This document shows, in pieces, positions 1-8,532 of a stretch of 35,234 nt of DNA; the first letter of the stretch is position 1, and each line of letters opens with the position of its first letter. A model generated the notes under the pieces. It was given only the letters and a program-made list of their open reading frames with translations, was not told where the DNA came from and searched no databases. Location: contig DHWM01000091.1 of assembly GCA_002413185.1 (NCBI GenBank), positions 83,664 to 118,897 of the forward strand, given 5' to 3'. Position numbers and translations under genes: made by a program. Origin of the DNA: Actinobacteria bacterium UBA5182. Its GTDB lineage: Bacteria; Actinomycetota; UBA4738.

Positions 1-2
1 TG

Positions 3-314
3 TGCGCGGCCGCCGGCGCGGAGGTGCTGGCCGAGCTGAAGACAGCGGCCGTGGCGGCCGACTGGGAGTTGGTGGGAGGGGCCGCTTCCCTCGAAGAGCT
101 CGAGCGGCAGCTCGCCACGTGGGAGCCGAACGTGATCCTGATCGACGCCAGCCTGGGTTCGGAGGCGGTCCGGCTGGCCCGGCGGTCTCACCCAGGGGCT
201 CGGGTGGTCAGCGTGGGGTCGATCGAAGGGGCGGACGCCATGGCCGGTTCCCTGGAAGAGGTCCGGGCCGCCATCCTGGGGATCCCCCAGTCCGGTGGCC
301 CGGCCCCTTCCTGA
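3..314 (+). CDS. 5'-truncated CDS, CheY-like receiver-domain fragment (weak call)
   Basis: Frame 3 is open from the window edge to TGA 312-314, with high third-position G+C. The sequence ...WEPNVILIDASLGSEAVRLARRSHPGARVVSVGS... resembles the central strands of a response-regulator receiver. The N-terminus lies outside the window. Confidence 0.4.
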   Translation, partial: CAAAGAEVLAELKTAAVAADWELVGGAASLEELERQLATWEPNVILIDASLGSEAVRLARRSHPGARVVSVGSIEGADAMAGSLEEVRAAILGIPQSGGPAPS

Positions 315-364
315 TCCCTCCCGGACCGCCGAGGCTTGTCCGGAGAGGCCGTGCTCTGTCTCCT

Positions 365-967
365 TTAGCCGAACCGCCCGCAGTACGGCCAGGCACCGAT
401 GCCCTGGCGGGCCAAGACTCTCTCGGCCACGGCGATCTGGGCCGAGGCGGAGTAGGGGAAGGGTCCGACCCCGCTGAATGGGCCGCCCCCGTAGGCGAAC
501 CACGTCTGCGGGGTGAACTGCAGGCCGCCCCAGAATCCGTTGCCGGTGTTCAGATCCCACCGGCCGCCGGATTCGCACGAGGCGATGGCGTACCAGTTGA
601 CGCTGCCGCCGCTGTACGAGGAAGTGGTGTAGGACACCGTCGCTTGCTTGGGCGGGGAGGCCGGAGCAGCGGCCAGGCGGGCCGCCCGAAGGTGCGCCTG
701 AGCGGCTTCGCGGCGCAGGCGCGTCTTCTTGCGCAGGTATTCCTGCCACCGGGTATAGCCGACGGTTCGCCACTGCATGAGCTGGCGTTCGGCGTTCAGA
801 GCGGGGAAGTGATCGACGAGCTGTTGCTCGGTGGGAGCCACCCTGGCGGTGGCTGCGGGGGTCACCTCGGCGTTCTGGGCCAAGGCGATGGCTGGGATCA
901 TCACGGACAAGCTCGTGACGACGAACACCAGCCGGATCAGGCGTTTCGAAGTATTGCGCATAAGCAT
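365..967 (-). CDS. rpf: Resuscitation-promoting factor (Rpf) family secreted muralytic protein
   Basis: N-terminal signal peptide ([30 protein letters not shown]). C-terminal Rpf transglycosylase-like domain with the hallmark [27 protein letters not shown]...[29 protein letters not shown] Shine-Dalgarno about 6 nt before ATG 967. Confidence 0.9.
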   Translation of the reverse strand: MLMRNTSKRLIRLVFVVTSLSVMIPAIALAQNAEVTPAATARVAPTEQQLVDHFPALNAERQLMQWRTVGYTRWQEYLRKKTRLRREAAQAHLRAARLAAAPASPPKQATVSYTTSSYSGGSVNWYAIASCESGGRWDLNTGNGFWGGLQFTPQTWFAYGGGPFSGVGPFPYSASAQIAVAERVLARQGIGAWPYCGRFG

Positions 968-1294
968 GTGTTCACCCCCGGCGCTTAGACAGAGTTATCT
1001 GCCTCTGCCCTCGGCGCGGTAGGTCGCGGGTGGTCCGTCACCTCCTTCGATCTCGGGCGTCTCTCCATCGAGCGGGCACGCTGAAGTCTCGTCATGAGCT
1101 AGAGGGAGTGTCTCGATCGGAGGAGAGAGCGCTATGGAAGGCGCGACTATACCGGAGTGCCCGTAGATCTGTCATATCGGCCGAACTCGACCCTGGGTCG
1201 AGGACCCGCACCGATCGCCCGCAAGTCCTCGTCCTCAGGTGGAGACTTGGTATCGACCGAACCGTGAGACCCACGCCACGGGTACCATGGTGAA
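968..1294 (-). promoter_or_regulatory. Long structured 5' leader/promoter region of rpf (candidate riboswitch or attenuator), shared with divergent ispH
   Basis: 327 nt with no credible ORF and visibly lower G+C. The pyrimidine tract CUCUCUCCUCCGAUCGAGA (RNA sense, plus 1111-1129) can pair with CUCGAUGGAGAGA (plus 1060-1072). Alternatively it can pair with GAUCGAAGGAGG (plus 1038-1052). Confidence 0.35.
1283..1288 (+). promoter_or_regulatory. Candidate -10 box TACCAT for a leaderless ispH transcript
   Basis: A TANNNT hexamer ends 6 nt before the GTG start at 1295, and there is no Shine-Dalgarno in between. Confidence 0.3.
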
Positions 1295-2221
1295 GTGCCC
1301 ACTCGCATCCTTCTGGCCTGGCCCCGCGGGTATTGCGCCGGCGTCGAGCGCGCCGTAGACACCGTCGAGCGCGCCCTCCGTATCTACGGTCCGCCCGTGT
1401 ACGTTCGCAAGCAGATCGTCCACAACCTCCCCGTTGTCCGGGACCTCGAATCGAAGGGGGCGGTGTTCGTCGACGACGAGGCCGAGGTACCCGAGGGCGC
1501 GGTGACCATCCTCTCCGCCCACGGGGTGGCCCCCTCGGTCTACGAGAACTCCGCGGCCCGGGGCCTCCGGGTGATCGACGCGACCTGTCCGCTGGTGACC
1601 AAGGTCCACCTGGAGGCCCGGCGGTTCGCCCGGGAAGGGTCGACCATCCTGCTGATCGGCCACGAGGGCCACGAGGAGGTCGTCGGGACCAGCGGCGAGG
1701 CTCCGGAGAGCGTGATCCTGGTCGGTTCGCCGGAGGAGGCCAGGACGGTGGAGGTCCCGGATCCCTCGCGGGTGTCCTATCTCTCCCAGACCACGCTGAG
1801 CGTGGATGAGACCAACGAGGTCATCGAGGTCCTCCGGGAGCGGTTTCCGCTGATCGAGGCGCCTCCCAGAGACGACATCTGCTACGCCACCCAGAATCGC
1901 CAGGAGGCGGTCAAAGACCTGGCCCGCCAGTCGGACCTGATCATCGTGATCGGCTCGGACAACTCCTCGAACTCCAAGCGCCTGGTCGAGGTGGCTCGAG
2001 CCATGGGGACCCCGGCCTACCTGATCGACGACGAGATGGAGATCCGGCCCGAGTGGCTGGACGTCGCGGAGACGGTCGGGGTGACGTCGGGCGCCTCGGC
2101 GCCGGAATGGCTGGTGGAACGCGTCGTCGACTGCCTGAAGGCTCAGGGAGCGACTCAGGTGGATCAGCTCCGAACGGTCGAGGAGCACATGCGGTTCTCG
2201 CTCCCCGCCGGAGTTCGCTGA
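1295..2221 (+). CDS. ispH: 4-hydroxy-3-methylbut-2-enyl diphosphate reductase (IspH/LytB)
   Basis: Full-length match by eye to IspH: ...PRGYCAGVERAV..., SAHGV, IDATCPLVTKVH, IGHEGHEEVVGT, QTTLS, DICYATQNRQ, GSDNSSNSKRL. GTG start. Confidence 0.95.
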   Translation: MPTRILLAWPRGYCAGVERAVDTVERALRIYGPPVYVRKQIVHNLPVVRDLESKGAVFVDDEAEVPEGAVTILSAHGVAPSVYENSAARGLRVIDATCPLVTKVHLEARRFAREGSTILLIGHEGHEEVVGTSGEAPESVILVGSPEEARTVEVPDPSRVSYLSQTTLSVDETNEVIEVLRERFPLIEAPPRDDICYATQNRQEAVKDLARQSDLIIVIGSDNSSNSKRLVEVARAMGTPAYLIDDEMEIRPEWLDVAETVGVTSGASAPEWLVERVVDCLKAQGATQVDQLRTVEEHMRFSLPAGVR

Positions 2222-2237
2222 ATCGCCACCGCGACGG

Positions 2238-3059
2238 TCAGACCGCCGGGGCGGGTTCGCGCCGCCTGGCCGGGCCGAACAACGCCAGCAGCAGGCCGAG
2301 CAGGATCAGGGCGACCAGGAAGATCAGCAACGTAAGCTTGCCGAACCACACCTGCGAGTAGGCCGCCAGCAGCAGGGACAGGCCGAGCCCGAGCAGGAAC
2401 CCGCCCAGGACGCCCAGGATGACGTGGTGCTTCTTTCGGGGGGCCGCCACGGGCCTGACCGCCGCCTCTCGTCCCTCGATCGGACCGGCCGGTGGGGCCG
2501 CCGCAGCCCGGGCGGCCTTCCACGTCGGAAGGGCCAGGAACAGCAGGATCAGGCCGAGCACGATCAGCGCCAGGCTCACGATCCAGGGCACCGTGCCGAC
2601 CGGGCTCCCGACAAGCTTGATCCAGGCGCTCCCGTCGCACGAGCCCCCGGTGCCCGAGATCCCGCCGGAGACGTAGTAGAGGCCGGCGAACCGGAAGGGC
2701 AGGTCGTCGGCGGGCCGCTCGGTTCCATCTGTGCGGGTGTCGCCGCCGGAGTTGTCCGAGCCGCCGCTCCGGATCGGGATGAAGAAGATCTGGAGGTGCC
2801 AGCTGTGGTTCGTGATGACCTCGCCGCTGTGCCCGGAATAGCGGACCACGCCGTTGTAGTCGACCAGGAACGGGTCGTCGTGCGTCCCGCCCTGTCCGGG
2901 CGCGGCGACGGAATCGAGCGGGCGCCCGTTCGAATCGGAGGACTGGGCCTGACCGCTGCACTTGGCCGATCCGGAGAGGTCGGCGGCCCCCGCGGGGGGC
3001 GCCAGGCCGAAGGACAGGAAGAGCACAAAGAACACGAGAACCGCCAAGCCTCGCCGCAT
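2238..3059 (-). CDS. Hypothetical secreted/membrane-anchored protein (signal peptide, about 150-aa extracytoplasmic domain, 3 C-terminal TM helices)
   Basis: The internal ATG at 3059 is preceded by a GAAGGGGGG SD. MRRGLAVLVFFVLFLSFGLAPPAGA is a signal peptide. Hydrophobic segments follow: VPWIVSLALIVLGLILLFLAL, VILGVLGGFLLGLGLSLLLAA, LTLLIFLVALILLGLLLALF. The upstream 97 codons of the tracked ORF overlap the next gene region and look non-coding. Confidence 0.6.
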   Translation of the reverse strand: MRRGLAVLVFFVLFLSFGLAPPAGAADLSGSAKCSGQAQSSDSNGRPLDSVAAPGQGGTHDDPFLVDYNGVVRYSGHSGEVITNHSWHLQIFFIPIRSGGSDNSGGDTRTDGTERPADDLPFRFAGLYYVSGGISGTGGSCDGSAWIKLVGSPVGTVPWIVSLALIVLGLILLFLALPTWKAARAAAAPPAGPIEGREAAVRPVAAPRKKHHVILGVLGGFLLGLGLSLLLAAYSQVWFGKLTLLIFLVALILLGLLLALFGPARRREPAPAV

Positions 3060-3132
3060 GGGAAACCCCCCTTCGCCGGTTGCTTGGATTGTATGCCTGC
3101 GGCGAAGGGGAGGGTGAGCTCGGGCGGACGGC

Positions 3133-4338
3133 CTAGGGGTAGTGCTCGAGCGCCGCTGCCGGAGCCCGGCACACCGCATCCAGCTCTGCGGCCCCTTCCT
3201 CGGGACCGAGCGAGATGACCCGGTCCCCGGCTTCGAGCTCGAATCGCGGCCGGGGCCGGTAGGTCCACCTTCGACCCCGCTGCACGGCCAGGACGAACAT
3301 CCCCGTCTCCGTTTCCAGCTGGAGCTGCTTGAGCGACCGGCCGTCCGCACGGGATCCCCGCTCCACCACCGTCTCGGTGGCCACCTCCTCGGTCTCCTCG
3401 AGCGCCATCTGGATGACCGGATGGAGCTCCTCGCCCTGCTCCACCAGCCACGTCATGTCCCTGGCCGCGTCGAAGATCGTCTCGCTGGCGTAGGCCAGCC
3501 GGAGCAACCCGCGGAGCTCGTCGGTGTTTCGAGCTTCCGGTGCCGACTTCAGCACCCAGGACTCCAGCTCGTCGTGCAGGATGTCCGAGCGTGTCTCCAG
3601 GGTGGCCACCTCTGCGGCCAGCGCGGGGTCGTTGAACAGGAGCGCGGAGTACGCAAGGCCCACCGCGACCTCGGCCGAGTTCTTCATCTCCACCAGGATG
3701 TCCACCGCTCGGTCCAGCTCGGTCAGCGGGGGGGTCTCCGTCTCTGGGGCCGCGGGAAGCGCCGGCGCGCCGGCCACCTCCCGGATCAGGTTCACGCCCT
3801 CCTCCGGGCCCTGGAACAGCAGGACGTCACCTTCCGATAGCACCGTCTCGGCCTGCGGGTCGAACTCCCACTCGGCCCCCCGGCGGATCGCGATGAGCCA
3901 CATCCCCGTTTCCGACGGGAGCAGCAGCTCTTTGAGCGAGCGGCCCACGCATGGAGCGGTCTCCCTGACCCGGACCCGGCCGACGATCTCGTCGGCGTGT
4001 CGAAGGTCTGGACGCAATGCTTCGGGGATCCCGAGCTTTGCCTGGATGACCCGGGCGATGTCCGAGGCGGCCTGCCCGATCTTCTCGATGGCCCCCGCGA
4101 TGTGCAGGACGTTGGCCATCGCCTCGGCGTCCTCCGGCGACCGAGCGGCCAGCATGGAGATCTCCCGGAGCCGCCGGAGGTAGCCGTCCAGGCGGTCCTC
4201 CAGGACCTCGACCTCCTCCGCGAGATCCTCGTCCTTGAAGAAGACGGCCGCGTAGGCGAGGTCGATCATCAGCTCCGAGACGTCCTTCGCCTCGACGAGC
4301 AGTTCCTTGACGTTCCTCGGTTGGTCGTCGTCAGCCAT
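3133..4338 (-). CDS. Cytosolic regulator with duplicated PhoU-like + TrkA-C (RCK C-terminal) modules (COG3273-type)
   Basis: Two repeats of a helical PhoU-like segment (LAYAAVFF.D..LAEEV..LEDRLD / LAYSALLFNDPALAAEVATLETRSD). Each is followed by a TrkA-C-like beta domain (GRSLKEL.L..ETGMW.IAIRRG..W / GRSLKQLQLETETGMFVLAVQRGRRW). The ATG at 4338 overlaps the stop of the upstream transporter gene by 8 nt. Confidence 0.8.
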   Translation of the reverse strand: MADDDQPRNVKELLVEAKDVSELMIDLAYAAVFFKDEDLAEEVEVLEDRLDGYLRRLREISMLAARSPEDAEAMANVLHIAGAIEKIGQAASDIARVIQAKLGIPEALRPDLRHADEIVGRVRVRETAPCVGRSLKELLLPSETGMWLIAIRRGAEWEFDPQAETVLSEGDVLLFQGPEEGVNLIREVAGAPALPAAPETETPPLTELDRAVDILVEMKNSAEVAVGLAYSALLFNDPALAAEVATLETRSDILHDELESWVLKSAPEARNTDELRGLLRLAYASETIFDAARDMTWLVEQGEELHPVIQMALEETEEVATETVVERGSRADGRSLKQLQLETETGMFVLAVQRGRRWTYRPRPRFELEAGDRVISLGPEEGAAELDAVCRAPAAALEHYP

Positions 4339-5569
4339 GTGTCGCCACCCCGAATAGTGACAGAACGAACAGGAAGGTGATCACCCCTGCCAGGTCCATC
4401 ACGCTGGTGATGATGGGGACGGCGTGGTTGTCGGGGTCCAGGCCGAACCGCCACGTCCATACGGCGACGTAGTAGCTCACCACGATGGCGATGATCGTCG
4501 AGATCATTCCTGCCACCAGCGTGCCCCCGATCATCACCATCGGCCCGAGCGAACGCCCCACGAACAAGCTGTACACGTACCCCAGGACGCCCACGGCGGA
4601 GAAGGCCACGATCCCGAATCCCATCACCAGGGAGGCGTCCAGGAATGCCGGCCCCTCCGGCCATCCTCGCGGCGAGAGCACGCCGAGGTGGAGCTTCGAG
4701 GACAGCCGCGAGGACAGGATGCCCCCCAGCGCGCCGGCATCGGACACCAGAGGCGGGATGATCACCAGGAGACCGGTGAAGAGGGCGAACCGGTGCAGCC
4801 GAGGTTCGACCACCGTCCCCGCCAGGATGTCGAGCAGTGGCGTCAGCAGGATCACCGCCGCCATCTCCAGGATGGCCCGCCTGGCCAGGGGGAGGTCGGT
4901 CAGCGCTCCCCGGATCGTGGCGTACAGGCACACCACGATCGACAGGATGGCCACGGTCAGGTTGACGTAGTGGAACCTGACCAGGAAGGTGGCCAGGTAC
5001 AGCGTGGGCACCGTGACCATGTCGCCTGACGCCGTGACCAGCGGCGTGGACACCGTGTCCAGGTCGTAGCCCCGGCGGTACGCCAGGACCGACAGGCCCA
5101 GGGTCAGTCCCATGATGGCCGCCGACCCCAGCACCCCGCCCAGCACGGAGATCGTGACGAAGTCGAAAAAGGAGATCGACGTGAGCCCGAAGGCTTCGGC
5201 GGACAGCTTCGCCAGCGCCGCCAGGAGGAGGGACGAGGAGAACGTGGTCACCACCCCGACGAACACGTTCTGGTACAGGATCCCGGTCCGTCGCCACGTG
5301 ACGTCGAACAGACCGGCGTGAGTGCTGGTCCCGAACCGCGCGCCGATGGCCCCGAAGATCGTTCCCCGCATCCCCACGGCGGCCGGGATCAGGATGAACA
5401 GTCCGGGCAGGACGAGCAGCGTATGGGAGATGGACCCGAGCGTGATCCCCGCGACCAGCGCGGCTCCCGTGCTGATCAGGAGTGCGACGAAACCCTGGCG
5501 GAGAGTGCGTTGCTCCGACCGCCAGTAGGCGAACAGTCGCCTGGCCCGGCGCCTGGGTGCGAAGGCCAT
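4331..5569 (-). CDS. MgtE-like divalent-cation transporter, duplicated membrane domain, no cytosolic N/CBS domains
   Basis: 412 aa from the ATG at 5569. Two MgtE-type transmembrane repeats are present (GMRGTIFGAIGARF...PLVTASGDMVTVP and PPLVSDAGALGGILSSRLSSKLHLG...DPDNHAVPIITSVMDLAGV). The upstream 340 codons of the tracked 754-aa ORF are Arg/Pro/Gly-rich and non-coding. Confidence 0.85.
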   Translation of the reverse strand: MAFAPRRRARRLFAYWRSEQRTLRQGFVALLISTGAALVAGITLGSISHTLLVLPGLFILIPAAVGMRGTIFGAIGARFGTSTHAGLFDVTWRRTGILYQNVFVGVVTTFSSSLLLAALAKLSAEAFGLTSISFFDFVTISVLGGVLGSAAIMGLTLGLSVLAYRRGYDLDTVSTPLVTASGDMVTVPTLYLATFLVRFHYVNLTVAILSIVVCLYATIRGALTDLPLARRAILEMAAVILLTPLLDILAGTVVEPRLHRFALFTGLLVIIPPLVSDAGALGGILSSRLSSKLHLGVLSPRGWPEGPAFLDASLVMGFGIVAFSAVGVLGYVYSLFVGRSLGPMVMIGGTLVAGMISTIIAIVVSYYVAVWTWRFGLDPDNHAVPIITSVMDLAGVITFLFVLSLFGVATHG

Positions 5570-5701
5570 AACGGCACGCCCATGGTTCGCTCGCTTCCTG
5601 TACCAGGGTCGGCGGCGGGATGCAGCCCGTGGGGGCCGCTGCCACCGGAGCGAGTATGCGCCCCCGGGGCCAGGCCCGGCAACCGTCGTCACAATGTGGG
5701 G

Positions 5702-6880
5702 ATGCTCGGGAAGCGGGCCCTCCGGAGGCGATCGATCGCCGTGGTCTCGGCGGTGCTCGTGGTGGCCGGGGCGGCGTGCGGACGGGCCGGTCCGTCGGGG
5801 GCGGGCGGTGGGGCCGGGCGGGGCGAGGGGCTCCTCAACCTGGTGGCCCCGCCCGGGTACGTCGAGGACGGTGCCGACGACGCTCGGTTCGACTGGGTTC
5901 ATCCCTTCGAGCACCTCACCGGGTGCATGGTCACGGTGAAGTACGCGATCAGCGCCGGCGAGATGGTGGGACTCCTCCGGCAGAGCAGCGGGTCGGTCTA
6001 CGACGGCGCGGCGATCTCGAGCGACGCCGTGGGGCGGCTGATCGGCCACGGTGACCTCACCTCGCTCGACCCGGCCCGGCTGCCCGGGCTCCGGAGCCTC
6101 CTGGGCCCGCTCCGTTTCGCCCCGTTCGACTCCGCCAACGGACGACCGTACGGCGTTCCCTTCGAGTACGGGCCGAACCTCCTCCTGTATGACTCCAGCC
6201 GGATCCATCCCGCCCCGGCCAGTTGGTCCGTCGTGTGGTCCCCCTCTCCCTACCGTGGGCGGATCGCGGCCTTCGACGGGCCCATGTCGCTGGCCGAAGC
6301 CGCCCTCTATCTGAAGGCCCACCGGCCGGGCCTTCGGATCACCGATCCCTACGAGCTGACCTCGGCGCAGTTCGAAGCGGCAGCCGCCCTGATCGTCCGA
6401 CAGAACCAGATCGCTCGGAGATGGACCTCGTTCACCGACGAGCTCACGTGGTTCTCCCAGGGCCAGGCCGTGATCGGAGCAGGTCGGCCCATCGTGATGA
6501 GCTTGACCCGGGCGGTGCCGGTGGCCGGCGTCGTTCCCTCGGAAGGGGTCACCGGGTGGGTCGACTCCTGGGTCATGTCGACCCATGCCCGCCACCCGGA
6601 CTGCATGTACCGCTGGATGCAGTGGACGATGGACCCGCGGGTCCAGGCGCTCGCCGCACAGTACCTGTCGGCGGCGCCGGCCAACCCGGCTGCCTGCCCG
6701 CTCCTGGAGCAGGCGGTGGGATTCGCTGCCGGCACCCTTCGATACGGGCGGTGCGGCGACGCCGGGTTCTACTCCTCGCTGGCTCTGTGGAAGACTCCCG
6801 TGGCCGAATGCGGCGATGGGCGGAGCGACTGCGTGCCCTACAGCGTGTGGGACGCCCGGTGGCGGGCCATCTCGCCGTAG
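5702..6880 (+). CDS. Extracellular solute-binding protein, PotD/PotF (polyamine-type) family, orphan (no adjacent permease)
   Basis: The ATG at 5702 gives MLGKRALRRRSIAVVSAVLVVAGAACG (signal peptide). The mature part shows the PotD-like pattern (LNLVAPPGYVE...F..TGC.V.VKY..S..EM...L....YDGAAISSDA..RLI..G.L..LD). A GTG at 5696 is an alternative start. Confidence 0.75.
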   Translation: MLGKRALRRRSIAVVSAVLVVAGAACGRAGPSGAGGGAGRGEGLLNLVAPPGYVEDGADDARFDWVHPFEHLTGCMVTVKYAISAGEMVGLLRQSSGSVYDGAAISSDAVGRLIGHGDLTSLDPARLPGLRSLLGPLRFAPFDSANGRPYGVPFEYGPNLLLYDSSRIHPAPASWSVVWSPSPYRGRIAAFDGPMSLAEAALYLKAHRPGLRITDPYELTSAQFEAAAALIVRQNQIARRWTSFTDELTWFSQGQAVIGAGRPIVMSLTRAVPVAGVVPSEGVTGWVDSWVMSTHARHPDCMYRWMQWTMDPRVQALAAQYLSAAPANPAACPLLEQAVGFAAGTLRYGRCGDAGFYSSLALWKTPVAECGDGRSDCVPYSVWDARWRAISP

Positions 6881-6935
6881 CGTCGGCCCCGACTGCCGGG
6901 AGCGAGGAGATCGTCGGGACGTATCATGGCCGGCC

Positions 6936-8156
6936 GTGGCCCCCCTTCGAACATCCGCCGCTCTGGCCCTGATCTCGCTGATGGCCGCGTGCGGCTCGGG
7001 GGGTCACACCGGAGCCGGAACCTCCCCCTCCTCGCCGCCATCCTCGCGGCCCCCGACCAGTTCCGGCCCGAGCACGACGCCTACCGTGTCTCCGCGACCG
7101 ACCGGGTCCTGCGCGGAGCAGGTGTTCGCCTCGATGACCGAGGAGCAGCGGGTTGGCCAGCTCTTCATCGTGGGCCTCCGGGACGACCGGCTGGGGCCGG
7201 CAGAGATCGCCGGCATCCGAGAGCATCACTTCGGCTCGGTCTCGTTCATCCAGACCACCACCGAAGGAGCGACCGGCGTGCGGGCGATCGCCGACGCGGT
7301 CCAGGCCCTCGCCACCCAGGGCACGACGGCCGGGGTCCGTTTCTACGTCGCGGCGAACCAGGAGGGCGGGAGGATCCAGGCGCTCCAGGGTCCGGGGTTC
7401 TCGACGATCCCCTCGGCCGTGGACCAGGGCGCGCTGGACCCCTCGACGCTCGAGGGAGACGCGAAAGGATGGGGCAAGGAGCTGATTGCCGCGGGTGTCA
7501 ACCTCAACTTCGGGCCCGTCATGGACGTCGTCCCGCCCGGTACCGATTCCCAGAACCAGCCGATCGGCGTGCTCCAGCGCGACTATGGGCACGATCCGGA
7601 CACGGTCGGCAGCCACGGCGTGGCGTTCCTGAAGGGGATGGCCGAGGCGGGCGTCACCTCGACCGCGAAGCACTTCCCGGGCCTTGGCCGGGTGGTCGGC
7701 AACACGGACTTCACCGCGAACGTGGTGGACTCGGCGACCACAGCGGACGACCCGTACCTGCGGTCCTTCCAGCAGGCCGTCGACGCGGGCGTGCCGATGG
7801 TCATGGTCGCCCTGGCCAGCTACACGAAGATCGACCCCGACCACCTGGCGGTCTTCTCGCCCACGATCATGGGCCTGCTGCGCGTCGGGCAGCGCTTCGA
7901 CGGCGTCGTCGTCTCGGATGACATCGGAGCGGCGGTGGCCATCTCGAGCATCCCTGCCGGGACCCGTGCGATCGACTTCTTGCAAGCCGGGGGCGACCTC
8001 ATCATCTCGAAGTACGTGCAGCCCGCCGACCAGATGGCCAGTGCCGTCCTGGCCCGGGTCGACGCCGACCCGTCGATGGGTGCACGCGTGGACGACGCCG
8101 CCCTCCGGGTGCTCCGGGCAAAGGACGCCTCCGGCCTCCTGCCCTGCTCGGGCTGA
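6936..8156 (+). CDS. Glycoside hydrolase family 3 lipoprotein, beta-N-acetylhexosaminidase (NagZ/LpqI-like)
   Basis: The GTG at 6936 gives MAPLRTSAALALISLMAAC (lipobox-like), followed by a Pro/Ser/Thr linker. GH3 N-terminal domain motifs follow: QRVGQLF, ANQEGGRIQ, NLNFGPVMDV, KHFPGLG, VMVALASY, VVVSDD. The start is inferred. Confidence 0.8.
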   Translation: MAPLRTSAALALISLMAACGSGGHTGAGTSPSSPPSSRPPTSSGPSTTPTVSPRPTGSCAEQVFASMTEEQRVGQLFIVGLRDDRLGPAEIAGIREHHFGSVSFIQTTTEGATGVRAIADAVQALATQGTTAGVRFYVAANQEGGRIQALQGPGFSTIPSAVDQGALDPSTLEGDAKGWGKELIAAGVNLNFGPVMDVVPPGTDSQNQPIGVLQRDYGHDPDTVGSHGVAFLKGMAEAGVTSTAKHFPGLGRVVGNTDFTANVVDSATTADDPYLRSFQQAVDAGVPMVMVALASYTKIDPDHLAVFSPTIMGLLRVGQRFDGVVVSDDIGAAVAISSIPAGTRAIDFLQAGGDLIISKYVQPADQMASAVLARVDADPSMGARVDDAALRVLRAKDASGLLPCSG

Positions 8157-8204
8157 GCCACCGCGAGGGTGTGATCGGATGAGCGACGAGGAGGGGGACG
8201 CCCG

Positions 8205-8486
8205 TTGATCGAGCTGACCGAGTGGGCCTCGGACATCCTGTCGCGCTCCCAGGCGGCGGCGCGCAGGTTCAACCCCGACGCGAAGATCCGGCTGGCCAGA
8301 GCTGGTTCAACCGTGCAGGCCGTACTCACCGATTCCCCCGCCCCGGGCGACCGGGCCGTGCCGGTGGGTGACATGACCCTGTACGTCGAGGAAAGCCTGG
8401 AAGGCCTGGTGGACGTGGAGGAGCCGCACGACCGGCTGGTCCTTCGGCCGCTCGGCTCTCCCCCGAACCTCCGCGGCGAACACTGA
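8205..8486 (+). CDS. Small HesB/IscA-fold-like protein lacking the cluster-binding cysteines (putative)
   Basis: TTG start 7 nt after the strong SD GAGGAGGGGGA. 93 aa with the layout M.ELTE.A...L.........IRL........AVLTDSP.PGD..V..GDMTLYVEE.....VD. This resembles Cys-less HesB-like proteins of actinobacteria. Weak family call. Confidence 0.4.
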   Translation: MIELTEWASDILSRSQAAARRFNPDAKIRLARAGSTVQAVLTDSPAPGDRAVPVGDMTLYVEESLEGLVDVEEPHDRLVLRPLGSPPNLRGEH

Positions 8487-8532
8487 CCCGACGTGCCGGG
8501 CCACCCCGCCGACTTCAGGTTGGGACGAGGCG

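Noticed and set aside
1038-1052. AAGGAGGUGA in the rpf leader as the ribosome-binding site of an upstream small ORF (GUG ACG GAC ... UAA, 18 codons).
   Set aside because: The only start candidate is the GUG inside the SD-like sequence itself, so there is no spacer. The peptide has no features. The purine tract is better explained as one arm of the alternative helices.
1030-1293. 87-aa plus-strand ORF in the rpf-ispH spacer.
   Set aside because: It is Arg/Ser-rich, lacks the strong GC3 bias of real genes here, has no SD, and overlaps the predicted leader and promoter region.
968-1294. Assigning the rpf leader to the ydaO (c-di-AMP) riboswitch class.
   Set aside because: The context fits, but I could not locate the conserved ydaO core strings on the rpf-sense strand. 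I left it as an unclassified structured leader pending a covariance-model scan.
5570-6595. N-terminal extensions of tracked ORFs: 4331-6595 (754 aa), 2238-3350, 5318-6880, 6585-8156, 10156-11877, 19584-21836, 21969-23168.
   Set aside because: In each case the recognisable protein starts at an internal start codon, with an SD or a stop-start overlap. The upstream part overlaps a neighbouring gene or a divergent promoter and is compositionally junk.
7021-7100. Repetitive C/T-rich DNA (cctccccctcctcgccgcc...) that looks like a simple-sequence repeat.
   Set aside because: It lies in frame within the GH3 lipoprotein and encodes the Pro/Ser/Thr-rich linker after the lipobox (SPSSPPSSRPPTSSGPSTTPT). 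This is normal for actinobacterial lipoproteins and is not a repeat element.
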